Shown piece after piece: positions 50,031 through 63,134 of a stretch of 64,000 nucleotides of DNA. Position numbers and translations under genes: made by a program. The notes beneath the pieces were generated by a model that saw only the letters and a program-made list of their open reading frames with translations, searched no databases and was not told the origin of the DNA. Every line of letters begins with the position of its first letter. The stretch's first letter is position 1. This DNA comes from Podospora anserina (lineage: Eukaryota): assembly GCA_017654855.1 (NCBI GenBank), contig CM030337.1:4216001-4280000 (forward strand). Direction: 5' to 3'.

Positions 50031-51144
50031 ATGCCTCGCAGTCGTTTTCTATCGTACGCCTCCAACGTCAACGGGCACAACTATCACAACAACAACAACG
50101 ACGACATCTCAAACGTCAACGCGAGGCCCACCGACACAATGAATCACACCAACACTATGACGCTGCCGATGCTGTCCAAGCCGGCCAGCACACGCAACAA
50201 CATCACGGCTTTCCTGGGAGAGTTTGTTGGAACCTTCTTGTTTCTGTTCTTTTCCTTTGCCGGTACCCAGATTGCCGTCAATTCAGGTCCTGCCCAGCTC
50301 GAGTCCGGTACCGATATTGCCGTTCCCAACACCCAGAACCTCATGTTTATCGCCTTGGTGTTCGGTCTGAGTCTGATGGCGAACGTGTGGGCTTTCTACC
50401 GTGTCACAGGCGGGCTCTTCAACCCCAGCGTCACGCTCGCTCTGTTTCTGGTTGGTGGTTTGTCAGCAATCCGCAGCGTCATCGTCGTGGTTGCCCAGCT
50501 GCTCGCCGGTATGGCTGCCGCTGGTGTTGTCTCGGCTTTGTTCCCCGGGCCCATGGATGTCGAGACGACGCTTGGAGGGGGTGCCAACGTTGCCCAGGGC
50601 CTCTTTATTGAAATGTTTCTCACGGCCGAGCTGGTGTTTGTCGTCATCATGGTGGCGGCCGAGAAGCACAAGAGCACCTATCTGGCACCAGTCGCTATTG
50701 GAATGGCCTTCTTCCTTGCCGAGCTGGTTGGTAAGTTTGCTGTCAAGGTTGGGTGGAAGTGGAATGGAATGCTGACTGCTGATAGGCGTATACTTCACCG
50801 GCGGCTCTCTCAACTTTGCCCGCTCCCTCGGACCAGCGGTGGTCAACCGGAGCTTCCCAGGTTATTTCTGGATCTACTTCCTGGGCCCCATCCTGGGCTC
50901 GCTGCTGGCCTCAGGATTCTATGCGCTGCTCAAGTACCTCCGGTGGAAGGAGTGCAACCCCGGCCAGGATGTCGATGACGAGGAGAAGCTCAAGTTTGAC
51001 ACGGCCAGGGTACAGGAGAAGGAACGCTATGGAAGCGTTGCCGACGGACATGCTACACCCCGCGAGACAGTGACGCCGCCTAACGGAGCTGCGTCACCTG
51101 GCGGGACGACTGTGGCTGATTCCCCCATGGCACCGCGCGCATGA
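50031..51144 (+). CDS. Aquaporin (MIP family) with non-canonical NPS / NFA motifs; exons 50031-50730 and 50786-51144
   Basis: GEFVGTFLFLF, TGGLFNPSVT, GLFIEMFLTA, TGGSLNFARSLGP and WIYFLGP. Intron 50731-50785 reads GTAAGT..GCTGAC..TAG. Confidence 0.92.
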
Positions 51145-54100
51145 ACTGCAATCATCACGACTTGACTGTTGGAAGGTAGTCTGAGGGTTCAGCTTGAAAT
51201 CTTCGACTCTCCTCTTTTTCAAGAATATGAATGGTCGGCCGGGTTTATGAGTGACGATGCTCGTTGTCTCGCTTAAGATGGTGCGTTTGGAAACTATTAG
51301 GTGTTTAATGGATGTTACTTGCGGTACAGCTTGCGTTGCTTTTCAGTTTTCTTGGTTGGAGATCAGCATTTGGACTGGTGGTACGGGTTGCGCTGGTCAT
51401 GGAATCCGGAGGGATGGTTTATCGTCGGGTTTCTGGTGCATATCTACTGGGCTGCATTGGAGGTCGGAACTGGTCAAGGTGGTGGTGCTGAGATCTTTAG
51501 GGGTGGGTGACTGGGTCTGGTGTTTTGGGATTGTCTTGTGATACCAAAATGGAACAGGGAAAAGGTCAGTGGGATGGATGGTAGGAACGGGGGAAATGGT
51601 TGGCGATATCGGAAAGATATACTTGGTATCAAAGCATAATTAATCGATTAATGGAATGAATACGCAAAAGATGCAACTCAAAGATATGGTGCTATCACTT
51701 GGAGTAGGAAAGTTCTACTTACTTGGCTTGGTCCGCCCTGAGCAGCCGTTGCTCCTGTGGGGCGATCAGTGGGGATTGGTGGAGGACAGTAGTTTATAGG
51801 CTTTGCTCAGTTTTGGAGGGTGATTCTCTCCTTTAAAACAATACAACGCTTTCCTCCTCAACCTTGACGATTTCCTGCCTGGTGATTTGAGCCCACGACG
51901 ACCTGGTACACTCCCGATCAAAAGATAGACGAGATATTGAGGTGCAAAACTGCTAGTACAAAGCCTATCAGGTATAAAGTTTGAGCTCTGGCTTCTAGAG
52001 AGTGCTTCCCACAGTTTGACTGATGATTGCCTCGGGGACCAGTTTCAAAGTGCGCAAAACTACTTTTAGAAAGATCCTAGCTAGGTAACTGCGTACTCAG
52101 AAGGTGCAGAGCTTCGAACCCATTTTGGGCAGGTCAACCCTTCCATTGATGATTGCCTCGAAGAGCTGTTTCAACCAGCATCGGCCTTTCTACGTATCCC
52201 TGAAAATTATCCTACTCTCAGATCAATGACCTCTTGGTTCAAGTCACAGACCAATTCATGCCCAGATGCGTATGACTTATTGGCGCTTTACTCTGTTGAG
52301 TATGACCATCTCTGCCTGGGTATCGTTCTATTTCCATGTATGCAACGAAGCTTAACAACCTACCTAGCCACCATGATCCTCAGGCATCATCGATCAGCAT
52401 CTCCGGTCGTGGTATTATGTCATCCCGTTCCTTGTTGTTGGGTGTGGGGAACGAGGGACAGGGGGAGGCTAATCCCTTGCTGGCCTCGGGCCGGGGCCGG
52501 CATCATGGAGCATATGGCTTTGCACCGAAAACTCAATGAACATTGTGCAAGTTCCTCGGAACTCAGGACGGGCGATGCCGACTCGTTAAATTATGGATTG
52601 TCGAGCCAGTTGATCTTTTGAACCAAAGGGACTGGAAATCATGTAGGTAATATTGAGGCCTCTGGGAGCAACTGCCGCACCCATTCTCCGCACACCTGAT
52701 CGGAGTTTTCGGCGTTTCCGACAGATAAGAACTGCAGCCCTACCACATCATGAAACACGTCAATGGTACGTGCCATCCATAGCCAAGTGGTGGGTGGCGG
52801 TCTCCTTGGCCTTTACAACAGTTCGTTTACATACGGTTCAGGTACGCTCGAAGTCAAAATCTTGACGGAAGATTCCATCATGAACAAGACCGCCAGCAAC
52901 AAGGGCTTATGCAGGGGTGGGCTTAGAGTTCCATCGATATACCTACGAGACACATAAAGCATCAGCAACAAACGCCTCTACCCCTGGAGTGTTGCTGGTT
53001 GCCTTCTCGTCGTGACGGAAGTCTGCCCGATTTTCCTTCTGGCACTTGGTTGTTGTTTGATCCCTGCGGCGTTGTATGCGATAACAGGATCAAATTGCCG
53101 TATAAGGATCTGAATAGGTGACCGGCACAGTTCGCGGTCATCTTATGCCCTTTTGGTAGCCAAAGACTACACGGATGTTGCTCCTGAGAGGAGAGTGGTG
53201 TGGTGCATTAAAGAGTCTGGTAGCTAGAAGCTCAATGAGATCAAAAATGGTAAAAGGATTCATACAGAGAACATTCTGACCTGATGATTCCACCGCCAAT
53301 TCGGTTCCACAGTAAGATACAATGTCTCCATTAAAGTTGTAGCAGGTAGATTGACGTTCTGTAAAGATATTTGATGATGTCACCTTCTATGCTCGGATGG
53401 CTGTGGGGGCGGCCAGCTGCTGACGAGTGCCCACACCTGCCAGATGTTTGGAACCCCCTTTCATGGGTAAACAATGCCCCCTATTCGTCGTTTGACGACA
53501 CTACAGAGTCATCGCAATTCCTGATATCTCTCCTCCGCCCGCAGCGACCTTATTTCTGACTTTGGCAACATGGGATGGTGTTGTGCCCCGAGGCCAGCCT
53601 GAGATTGGTAGGTGTCATGAGCTTTTGGAAACCACCCCTCTCCCACTCACCAGCTCGGTGTGTGATGGGGGACAAAAACTCCGATCCCAGCAACCACCAT
53701 CACCCTTTACACCAATGAAACCGTCGCGATCAAAAATCATCAGCAGCTTCAGAGGAAGCCAAGTTTTGGGCACAGAAGCCTGCACATGAGAGGTACCTTA
53801 AGGGGTAGTAACGAGGGGCATCACACCGTGACCAAAGTCAATTGCTAAAGGTACGGTTACGGGTGCCGGTACCGCCCACACTGGCGATGATGGCTGGGGG
53901 ACTCCAACTAGAACAAAGCTTGATGTCTTGATCAAGGGGTTCGTGATCTCCTGTCTCTTCAAGGTAGCAAATCAATAGTCGATATCTTTGTTGAGAGCCG
54001 ACAAATTTCGCGCAAAAATGAGAAGATTGGGCCATGGTTGTGTACAAAGCACAAGATCTCGCCTGTGGTCAATTGTGGCGGGGGTTTTACCTGATTAGAA

Positions 54101-55147
54101 AGCCAATGGTGCCTTGGCAGCGGGTCCCCCCGCCGTTTTGTTTTCCTTCCACGACCAGAGAGGAAGGGTGGGGGAGGGTTCAAGAGCCACAGAGCGTGCC
54201 AAGGGGCTTTTTGTCATGGGTTCCATTTTCAGTGCCGTCCAAAAGGACGCTTCTGTGTCTCTCGAAGGTCCAGATAAGGTTAAGGCTTCGCCAAGGAGAC
54301 CAACCTTGATCGGCCTGACAAGTTTAGGGCACCTCTCAAGCGAGCAAACATCCTTCGCGCTATTTCCACCATCCTTCCCGTCTGACTGGTGCTGTTTTGC
54401 GCCGAAGAAATGATGGCTTTACGGGATAGACGTCAGCCTGAGGCCGCTTCAGGGGACGGATGTTTAGAAGTCATGGATCTCCAAGTTCGCGCCTCGGAGC
54501 TTTTCTCGCTATCCCATGGCCAACGCAGACATGTTCGGCACGCCGAGCACTGTGAGCCGAGAGAGCGGGCCAGAGAACGGCGACCTTGAAGTTTTTATTC
54601 TGCTGCCTGTCTGTATTGCCCCTCTTTTGTCCTGTGGGCTCTCAAGCGGTATGCTAGTGGACGGGTAGTCTATAGCGGGTAAAAGCCCAGTCCCCACATT
54701 TCACACCATATCGGCACAACGTGGGCCATGTCGACTCTCTAGACGTAGGCGGTCAAGCAGAGCAAAAGGGCAGCATATCATCGAGCAAAAGTGACGTGAC
54801 CGGGCACAAAAAGTGTAGCCTAGATGCTAATGCAGACTGAGCATGGGCGCAGGATGCGCTGGAACTCTGGAACGGTGTTTTGGGCCCCCTCTTGTACCAG
54901 GGGCAGGGGTTTGGGTGTGTGGTCTTGGTATCCCAGCTCAGCCCTACCACGGGCCGTTTCGATCTACAGCACCTTGGCCGGCCCTGCTCCCTCCCTCCCG
55001 GCGCCTTGGTTGTCCATCATTTGACGTGATATATGTATATAGAGGAGGGGGAACTGGACTGTGTCATCATGACATTCAACATTCTGACATCAGCACCCAT
55101 TTGACCACCTATCTAACGGACTCCAAGCCAAATCGCGCCACAAACAT

Positions 55148-55169
55148 ACACACACACACACACACACAC
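55148..55169 (+). repeat. (AC)11 microsatellite upstream of the Zn2Cys6 gene
   Basis: Perfect AC dinucleotide run read directly. Confidence 0.9.
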
Positions 55170-55362
55170 TTACACGCTCACTGTGGGGACTGTTGTTGGA
55201 CCCATCTCACCTGTGCCCCCCATTGTCGCCTTATCCCCTTTCTGAGTCCTCTTCCGCAGCCACTTGCTGAAAAAACAGGTTCCTGCAAAGAAAGCACTTG
55301 AAGAATACCAGTCACACAGTCTTTTCTCTCTTCTCGCCCACCATCACCCAACATCACACACC

Positions 55363-57692
55363 ATGATGCGTGCAAAGGCCATCCAGACAACCAAGTGGGG
55401 GACGGCATGTGCTCAGTGTGCTTCAGCGAAGGCAAAGTGCTCTGGACGGTCAGCAAGTGGTGGAAAATGCGATAGGTTCGTCTTCAGCCCATGCCAAGTG
55501 CAGTTGTAACACAACCTTATTTTCAGGCTTACTTGGTTGCTAACTCGTATTCTCGGACTACATGTACAGATGCGAGCGCCTGCTGAAGCAATGTACCGAT
55601 CAAGTCCATCGTCCTCGCAAGACTCGTCAGCCTCGACAGTAAGCCCCGACCACTTGCCTGGTAGCCTCAGAGAGCCTTCTTTTTTTTTGACATTTCATAC
55701 CTTATCTAGACCGACTGCAGGTTTAGGAGAGCCCAGCTTCGACTCTCTTGTCTCTACGCCAGAAAACCCTCCATCACCGTCCGCAGTCGATCTGGGAGCA
55801 GACTTTGCTTCATGTTCGTCATCATCAGTCCGGAGCCACACTTCAGCAGCCACACCCATGGGCTCTCTGGATGTCAGACCGTCCTTGATACGAACCTCAT
55901 CAATGCAAAGCCAGCAATCAGTTCAACACGAATCATACTTTTTTACAGCCAGCCCACCTCACTGCTTGAATCAACAACACCTGAACCCGCTGTTCATTGA
56001 AGGGCGAGAGGATCTTGATGACCTGCTGTTGAACCGATACCGAACCTGCTTGATGCCGGCACACCCGTTCGTTTTAATTCCCGACCATGTATCAGCCTCG
56101 ATGCTGGTAACCCATCGACCCTTTTTGATGCTTGCCATTCGAGTGGTGGCTGGGTTTGAGGGACTGCATTCGGTACAAGGCCAGATGCAGCATATTATGG
56201 ACCATGTGGCCGACCGCATGTTTCGACAAGCCGAAAGGTCCATTGATCTTCTGATGGGCATTGTTGTTGTGTTGGGGTGGTATCACTACCATTGCATGCG
56301 ACACAGCCAGCTAAACAATCTGCTATGTCTAGCCGAGAGCCTGGTCAGCGATCTTGGCATCAACAAGAGGCCCCAGGTACAAAACGAGGGGAGAATGGCA
56401 GATGAGAAAAGGCTGCTTTTGGGGGTATGGTATCTGAGAAGCTCGTAAGTGTGGCACACTCCTCCAACTAGGAAAATCAACTGACCATCCACCTGTCAGA
56501 GCGGCAATGTATCTCCAGCAACTAACCTCGATGCCCTTCACCTCTTATATGCGCCAGTGCCTGGTGGAGTTGGATGAAGAAGAAGACCACGACCTGGACG
56601 AGATTTTGGTGTACTGCATCAAACTGCAGTATCTGACCGAGCGGGTGGCAGTTCTCAAGACTCCCCAACCAGACCTCCCTGAGCAACAGAACCGAGAAAG
56701 GGGCACCGCAATTGCGTCGTCACAGGAATATCTGGACAAGGTGATGAGAGAGATGCCCTCGGAGCTTAAAACAAACTGTAAGAAGGTCTATTCTGGAAGA
56801 ATCTGACAACGAGACTGACTTGTCATTGGAAGCCGTATTGACAACCCACATCAACACGGTTATTCTTCGTCTATACGAGCCACGGCCATCCACCGACCCT
56901 CTACGGATTTCATCGCCGAAACCACGCCGCTCGCGGTCTCCTTCTGACCGAAACACCGGGGGCCTAAGCCTTGCATCAACAATTCATAGTTCAGACACCA
57001 ACACACAGATTAGAGCCTGGTTTGAGGGGTGGGTGCAAGGCATCCCGGCCCAGGCCTACCGCACACTACCTTCGAACTTGGTTTTTCAGCTGCTCTATGC
57101 AGTGGGGTCGTTGCTACGGTCCCATGGCGCCGCTTCCCAACCACCTCCAAGCTCGTCAACTAGAGGCGACGCAGAGGTCATTGTGATTTTGGACCGCCTA
57201 GTAGCGCTGTGCTTCGCCAACTTTATTGGGGGTCAACCGCAGCCGGACATGACACACTTTTGGGAAGCGTTGGGTGAGCGACACGAGAGGGTGTGCTCCC
57301 CTTCCCCATCAGTCTCTGAGCATGGAGATGATTCCAACGGACCATTGACAGCCACACCTGCTACCTGGGAACAACAATATTGCCATGGCAGCAACGTCTT
57401 TACGCCGCCATCCAGGGTTGGATCGGCAGCACCAGACCCCAAGCTGGAGGCAGTCGATGTCGACCAATATCAAGTGGCATCACTCCCCATGATGACTAGC
57501 AACCAACTCCATCCACAGAGTCAATGGGACTCACAGACAACCCAAACAGGGTGGGATCACCATACAGCGACGCCACAAGGCCAGATGTTGATGGTTCCCG
57601 GAGCCGAAGGAGTGGTAAATCCACAACTTTGGGGGCAGGATCAAGGAACGGGCGCATATCACCATTCCGAAGGGGGTTACTTTATGGGTTGA
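55363..57692 (+). CDS. Zn(II)2Cys6 fungal transcription factor; exons 55363-55475, 55570-55638, 55710-56444, 56500-56777, 56833-57692
   Basis: ACAQCASAKAKCSGRSASGGKCDR/CERLLKQC binuclear cluster across intron 1, a middle homology region (HPFVLIP..RPFLMLAI..SIDLLMG..WYHYH) and four introns that all restore frame. Confidence 0.88.
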
Positions 57693-58682
57693 TTAGGCAC
57701 CTACCCAAGTACGTGAGTTCACATCCGGCGTTGGAACATGATTTGATAGGGGATGCATGGAGATACCACCAGGAGTTTGGATCAAGGTTGGCTTAATGGG
57801 CAATGGAGTTGAGGTGTCTGGTCACGTGCAAATCCATTCTAAAGTATATAGATGACTTGATGATAGTTGTGAATATTTACCTACCCATATAGCTGGCCTA
57901 CAACATCAACTGGTAGATACTCACAAAAAGAACTTTTCCACAAGGACTTTAGCAGAAACAGGTCTCAGGACAATCACGATCACCTGAGGCGGGGTCAACC
58001 CGCTCTACCCCCCAACCCCCTGAGGTGACAACCAACTCCATATTTCGGCCCACAATACCTAGGTTCTTCTGACTTGACTACCTTACCAAGCTACATCGCC
58101 AATCTCATTGATGCCACATGTAACGATCCATCACTGCATGTTTGCCGGTTTCTCACCCAGTCAGAACTCTTCGATTAGCCAAGCAACACTGTGCCGTTCC
58201 AGCATCAGCTTTACAAGGGGTCGACGAGACCAGATGGAAGCCGAGCCGCCGTCCGGGAATTCCAGTAAAAGTCGGGGTGGTTTGGCGCTAATGGCATGAC
58301 CGCCTGCAGCCCTACGGCGTTGGGCCACGTTTTGTGCAGGAAAGGCGTCCAATGAAGAGATCACGGGAGCCCTCCCGCCTCCTCCATGTTTCTTTGAGGC
58401 ATGGTTTCCAACCCCAAGCTTATCTTGCAGATGTAGACCAAATCAGAGGCCGGCATGACGGAAGAAGCGAAGAGGCGAAGGAGCGCAAATTCATGCATCA
58501 TTTTGCCAGCAGTGCTTCTAACGAAGCAGATCTTACATCAGCACTGTCTCCTGCACGTGCGTATGCGATCCAGTCAATGCGTTTGAAACCGCAAGGAGGT
58601 CGCCGATATTTACAACATCATCGCCGAGGTCCTTTCGTGCCGTCCGCTCACGCAACAATGCTACATCTGCGGGCTGTGAAAC

Positions 58683-59416
58683 TCAGTTCAACACCTCCTC
58701 ACCCTCCTCGCGCGGCCTCTTCCAGAGCATCGCGTAATGCGGCACGTCACCCAGGGCGATCTCTTCCCCGACTTGCTCAAACCCGAGCAGTGAGTAGAGA
58801 TACTTGCCCTCAGGGGTAGCAATCAGGAAGGCGTCTCGCTTCTCCCTGGCGGCCTGCTCCAGGCCATGCTTCACCAGCATCTTGCCAATTCCTCTGCGCT
58901 TTTGAGTGGGATCCACGCCAAGAATCATCAAGTCTGTGTCAATGTCAGTTGTGTTGTAAGTGAGGAGATTCAAAGATAGGTAAACTTACACCACATCTGG
59001 CTGTGCCCTTCTTTCCCCAGTGTTTGTTCAGTCACCACCTCCATGAGCCCGAAGATTTCTTTCAGAGCATCCTGGTCCAGCGAAGGCGGCAGCACGTCAA
59101 CCTCTGTTTCGCTTGCAGTCTGGGGTTTGGCTGCCGGTGGGAGGGAGTCTGGGGTCTCCCACTGGGCGTATCCCACAATCTGCTCACTGCCATCTTCCAG
59201 CTTGTCGACAACAACATAGGTCTTCTTGCCGTCCTTGATCCGCCTGGTGTTGCGGGCAGCCCTCCACTCGGCCTCCTCCGTTGCAGCATCGGTGTGGGCG
59301 AGGTGGTGCAAGTGCGCCGGGAATAAAATCCGGGAGAGGGTGGGCCCGAACGAGTCGCGGCCGATGACGCCGATGCGCGGGGAATCGGCGACGGTGGCTT
59401 CACGGAGGGTCAGCAT
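58683..59416 (-). CDS. GNAT family N-acetyltransferase; exons 59416-58990 and 58933-58683
   Basis: IVGYAQW, W/YLMILGVDPTQKRRGIGKML (acetyl-CoA motif A) and ATPEGKYLYSLLGF. Intron 58989-58934 reads GTAAGT..CTGAC..CAG. Confidence 0.9.
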
Positions 59417-59696
59417 ATTGTTTGTTATGACTGAAGTGGATATGAAGTCCTAAGAGATGGAGAGGTGAAAGAGGACAATGACTCATGTACTACAACTGGC
59501 ATCGTCCAGGTTTTGTGAGCAAAATTTGGATCTGTCACTTGCCGACGACAACCGGCCCGAGTCAGCGTCACTGTGGAGTCACCGAGCTTCCGAACTCGAC
59601 AAGGTGACCCGGCCGGGTCTCTAAATGCGAGCCGGGGGGCTACCTCGGACCTAGGGATTACGATCATGCCAGAATAGGAAGCTTGTATTCGCTGTC

Positions 59697-60782
59697 TTAG
59701 AGAATAGGATGACGTATCACCACCTTTTCGCAGCTGATCCTGCCCTCCGCTGACGAGTTGATTGCGACGACAGCGTCCTCCTTTGACCGCACCACTCTTG
59801 TCGGCATCGGCTTCCAGGCTGCGGCGTGATTCTCCAGAAACCATCTCATAACTTTGTCCTGCCGGCTCCATGTCCACTCTGGAGATTGTTTTGGCAAGGC
59901 ACCCCATTTGCGCGAAAAGATGGCAAACTCCCAATCCGAATCCCACTCTCTGGGGACTGGGCGAGCGCACGCCAAAGCATCTCGCTCTTGATCACCAGAG
60001 AGACATTGCTTTCCCCAGTAGCAACTGCTATTCTCGTACGTTGACCCCGCATCTTCCAACCCAGCACCAACGGCATCAAACACCGCTGTCAGCGTTACAT
60101 CGAGGCTCTGGAGCGTCCGTTTGATCTCCTTGGTGGTTTCCTCTGGGTGCGTATAGTCAAATACATGCGTTGCCCCGATGCCCCTAAGCAGGTCATGATT
60201 CTTGGTCGAGGCCACAACAAAGATGAACTCGACGCCTATCTCTCTGGCCACTTGAATGGCTGCCCACCCAACCGCGCTAGCACCGCCCCAGATGAGGGCT
60301 CCTTTTCCTTGAGAATGGGTCCCTGAGGGCAGTTGTTCAATCCCAGCACTTGCGAAACCAACCCCGAAAATATTGACAAATGCATCAGCAGCAGTCAACA
60401 GAGCAGTAGGGAGGCCTGCTGCCGCTTCCGCACTGAGGCCTTCAGGCCGCGTCCAAATTAGATCCGACCGGGCAAGAATGTAGGGTTGATGAGCCCCAGC
60501 ATGAAGCGGGCGGTGTGGGCCTGGCCAGGTCAACCCCAAGACAGGAGTGTTGGTTGTAAGATCAATGCCAGCATAGTCAAAGCCGGTGATGGAAGAGTGA
60601 AAGCCGAGATTGAAGTGCTTTTTGTCCGCAGGTTGGATAGCGGAGTGAGTGACTTTGATAGGGACATGAGTCTGGGGGGCTAAAGGGAGAGAGGCTGCGA
60701 CGGGGAAGGGAGCGGCGATGGGGGTTATCTCGCCATCAGAAGAGAGAAAGAGGGCGGTGGGATGTGTTGTAGCTTCAGTCAT
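59697..60782 (-). CDS. MDR-superfamily trans-enoyl reductase-like oxidoreductase (LovC-like)
   Basis: SAIQPADKK, ITGFDYAG, GAHQPY, ALIWGGASAVGWAAIQVA, GATHVFDY and EKVVI; intronless. Confidence 0.82.
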   Translation of the reverse strand: MTEATTHPTALFLSSDGEITPIAAPFPVAASLPLAPQTHVPIKVTHSAIQPADKKHFNLGFHSSITGFDYAGIDLTTNTPVLGLTWPGPHRPLHAGAHQPYILARSDLIWTRPEGLSAEAAAGLPTALLTAADAFVNIFGVGFASAGIEQLPSGTHSQGKGALIWGGASAVGWAAIQVAREIGVEFIFVVASTKNHDLLRGIGATHVFDYTHPEETTKEIKRTLQSLDVTLTAVFDAVGAGLEDAGSTYENSSCYWGKQCLSGDQERDALACARPVPREWDSDWEFAIFSRKWGALPKQSPEWTWSRQDKVMRWFLENHAAAWKPMPTRVVRSKEDAVVAINSSAEGRISCEKVVIRHPIL

Positions 60783-61413
60783 GTTTTTTGGGGGAAAGTT
60801 TGGCAAAATGAACGGGATGGCCTCGTAGAGATTCGTGGCAAGGACTGGGTCATCTCTTAACGTTTTATCGTCGACAACTCCCAGTCTGGCGTGCTTGATC
60901 AGATCAAAGGAGGTATCCCCGGAGTTCGGCGGAGGGTTTGCCGGTGATGATTAGAAATCTTGCTGTGATTTTTGGTCTTTTCAATTTGTAATGGTCGCAC
61001 CAGACTATGGCGTCATTACGAAAACTGTCAGCAGGTGATCTTTGGTCTTACCCAAACCCTTTTCCAATTGATTAGGGGTAAAGGAGGTGAAAGGAGACAT
61101 TGGCAATGATGGAATACGTCTCTTTTCTACCTTGTACACTGCTTTTATTCGTTGGCTGTGGTGGGAAACTTCGATATTAGTTTCACAAAATGCATTTGTT
61201 TACTGAGATACCTTGGGACGTATCGAAGCATATGAATTGCGGGAATCCTAAACTCGGGAATGTAACCTGCCCTACAGTCCCAGAAAAAGTCAAACGAAAT
61301 ACCTAACTAAAAGAGTGACAAGAAGCTCCAAAGATACCCAGCCAACAATCTTTTTACCCCTTAACTTCCCCACGAACCCCATCGTTTGCCTAGAAAATTT
61401 CTCTCATAACCTC

Positions 61414-62061
61414 TCAGAAGCAGTTGTTCTTGACAGTACTGATACCCAAAAGCTCGGCACTCAAGTTGACCAAGATTTCGCCACCAGCCTTCAACTTCTC
61501 GGCCTTGGTGGTGGCTCCCAACATGAGCTTAACAGCCTGCTTCGCACCCCCAAGCGCCTTGATGTACTTCTTGATCCTGAGCAGCTTGGCAGCAGGCACA
61601 GCAGTGGTGGCAAGGAGCTGAACAATGGCGGCAACACATTTGGCAATCTTCCACAGCGAGGCCCTGGCGGCGAGCTCACCCCTCTCGAAGAGGCTCAAGT
61701 TCTGCTCAACGGCATCAACATAATCGGTGTCCCGCTTGAGAGCCGTTTCGGGCTCACGGTCTCCGTTGGCAATGAGCCACTGGTGGAGCACTTCATCTCC
61801 CTTCTCGAGGATGTCGTCGGGAATGCGCTCAATCTCGGCAAAGAGGTGGTCGAGGGGGAAGTCGAAGTCGCGAGTGAAGTTGAAGTTGGTCGCCCAGGTG
61901 GCAGGGGCCTGTGCGCGAGCTTCCAGAACGGCAGGGACACCCGCGTCGTTCTCAAAGTCGTCGGTGTCAGGGAGAAGGCCATGATTGTCATAGGGGGCGG
62001 GGATGGCGGTGACAGTGGCCACAAAGAAAGCGGCAGCAGTGGTGAGGAGTTGGAACTTCAT
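61414..62061 (-). CDS. Secreted prepro-protein with acidic propeptide and cationic amphipathic C-terminal peptide (candidate antimicrobial/cytolytic precursor), 215 aa
   Basis: caacATG start, signal peptide MKFQLLTTAAAFFVATVTA, processing-type sites LEAR, LKR and LAAR, an 82-aa Lys-rich C-domain ending NNCF, and a TATAAAG box at ~62200-62206 on the same strand. Confidence 0.85.
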   Translation of the reverse strand: MKFQLLTTAAAFFVATVTAIPAPYDNHGLLPDTDDFENDAGVPAVLEARAQAPATWATNFNFTRDFDFPLDHLFAEIERIPDDILEKGDEVLHQWLIANGDREPETALKRDTDYVDAVEQNLSLFERGELAARASLWKIAKCVAAIVQLLATTAVPAAKLLRIKKYIKALGGAKQAVKLMLGATTKAEKLKAGGEILVNLSAELLGISTVKNNCF

Positions 62062-63134
62062 GTTGATGGTTGGAAGTCTGAGAGTAAGGTAGCTGACTGT
62101 TGCTGAAGGGTTTTCAACGGATGAGCAAGCTAGATGGTGCTTTGAAAGCTGTTGATGATGAGGGTGATTATGGAGAATAGACACGGATGAAGTGGCCCCC
62201 TTTATACAGTTTTCTGGCTCTTTCATGAACCTATTTGGTCTTTGCTGCTGCTCTCATCCCCACCACCACCCAAAAAATCCCAAGTCTCACCTTCGCACCA
62301 GGATAATCTTGGAGTTGCTGACCCGACTCTGGGCAACTTCATTAAGCTTCGGTCTCTCAGCTTGGCAATCATCAGGGTCGACTAGGTTATGCAACAAGCA
62401 GTCTCTCTATCTCCAAGTACATGCGGCGCAGAACAAGGCTCTGCCCCTGAAATCATGCGGCAGATAGATAATCGGGAACGTGAGCCTTGTCAGACAGGCT
62501 GTGGTCTACATCTTTCTTGGTGAGGTGGGACAAAGGTTGAGCCGTGCCAAGGTAAGCGTTGCGAGTATAGAGATGGAGGGTTACATTAGGCGTGCGGCGT
62601 TGGGCGCAGTCGTTGGCCCGCCCCTGAAATAAGTCCAGCTGAACTGCAGAAGAAGAGTGTTTGGATGAGCTTGTTTGTGCCACCCCCCGCACTTTGATCT
62701 GGCCAAGCACGGTGAGATTTACCTAGATGATCTGCAACAAGTGTATTCCACACGGGTGGTCTGTGGGAGCTCAAGGGAGAAGAAATATGGTGAGCATGAT
62801 GTATCGAGAGAGCAAACTATTTACCAAAATGAAAACAAACAGAAAAAACAATATGCCCTCACAACCTGACCCACTGGGAGCAACCGGTCCTCCCACATCT
62901 TATCGCCGACAATGACAAGTGATGCTGTTGACGACCTCCAACGGGCAGGCACCGTGCATTGTTCACGATCCAATCAAGGCGGCCGACGTCAGCGTCGGAC
63001 GGACATTGTGGGGACGGCGTTGAACCGGGCATTGTGGATGAATCAAGCACAGCATTATCTCCGGTTCTTCGAAGGAACTGCTCTGCCATTTCTTCTTTTC
63101 GACAGAATCACATTGATATCGGTCACAGTCATAG

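Noticed and set aside
52021-52203. Direct repeat TGATGATTGCCTCG (52021 and 52148) resembling snoRNA C boxes
   Set aside because: Only two copies, no terminal stem or recognisable rRNA guide, and a D box candidate for just one copy; not a CRISPR array or a convincing snoRNA.
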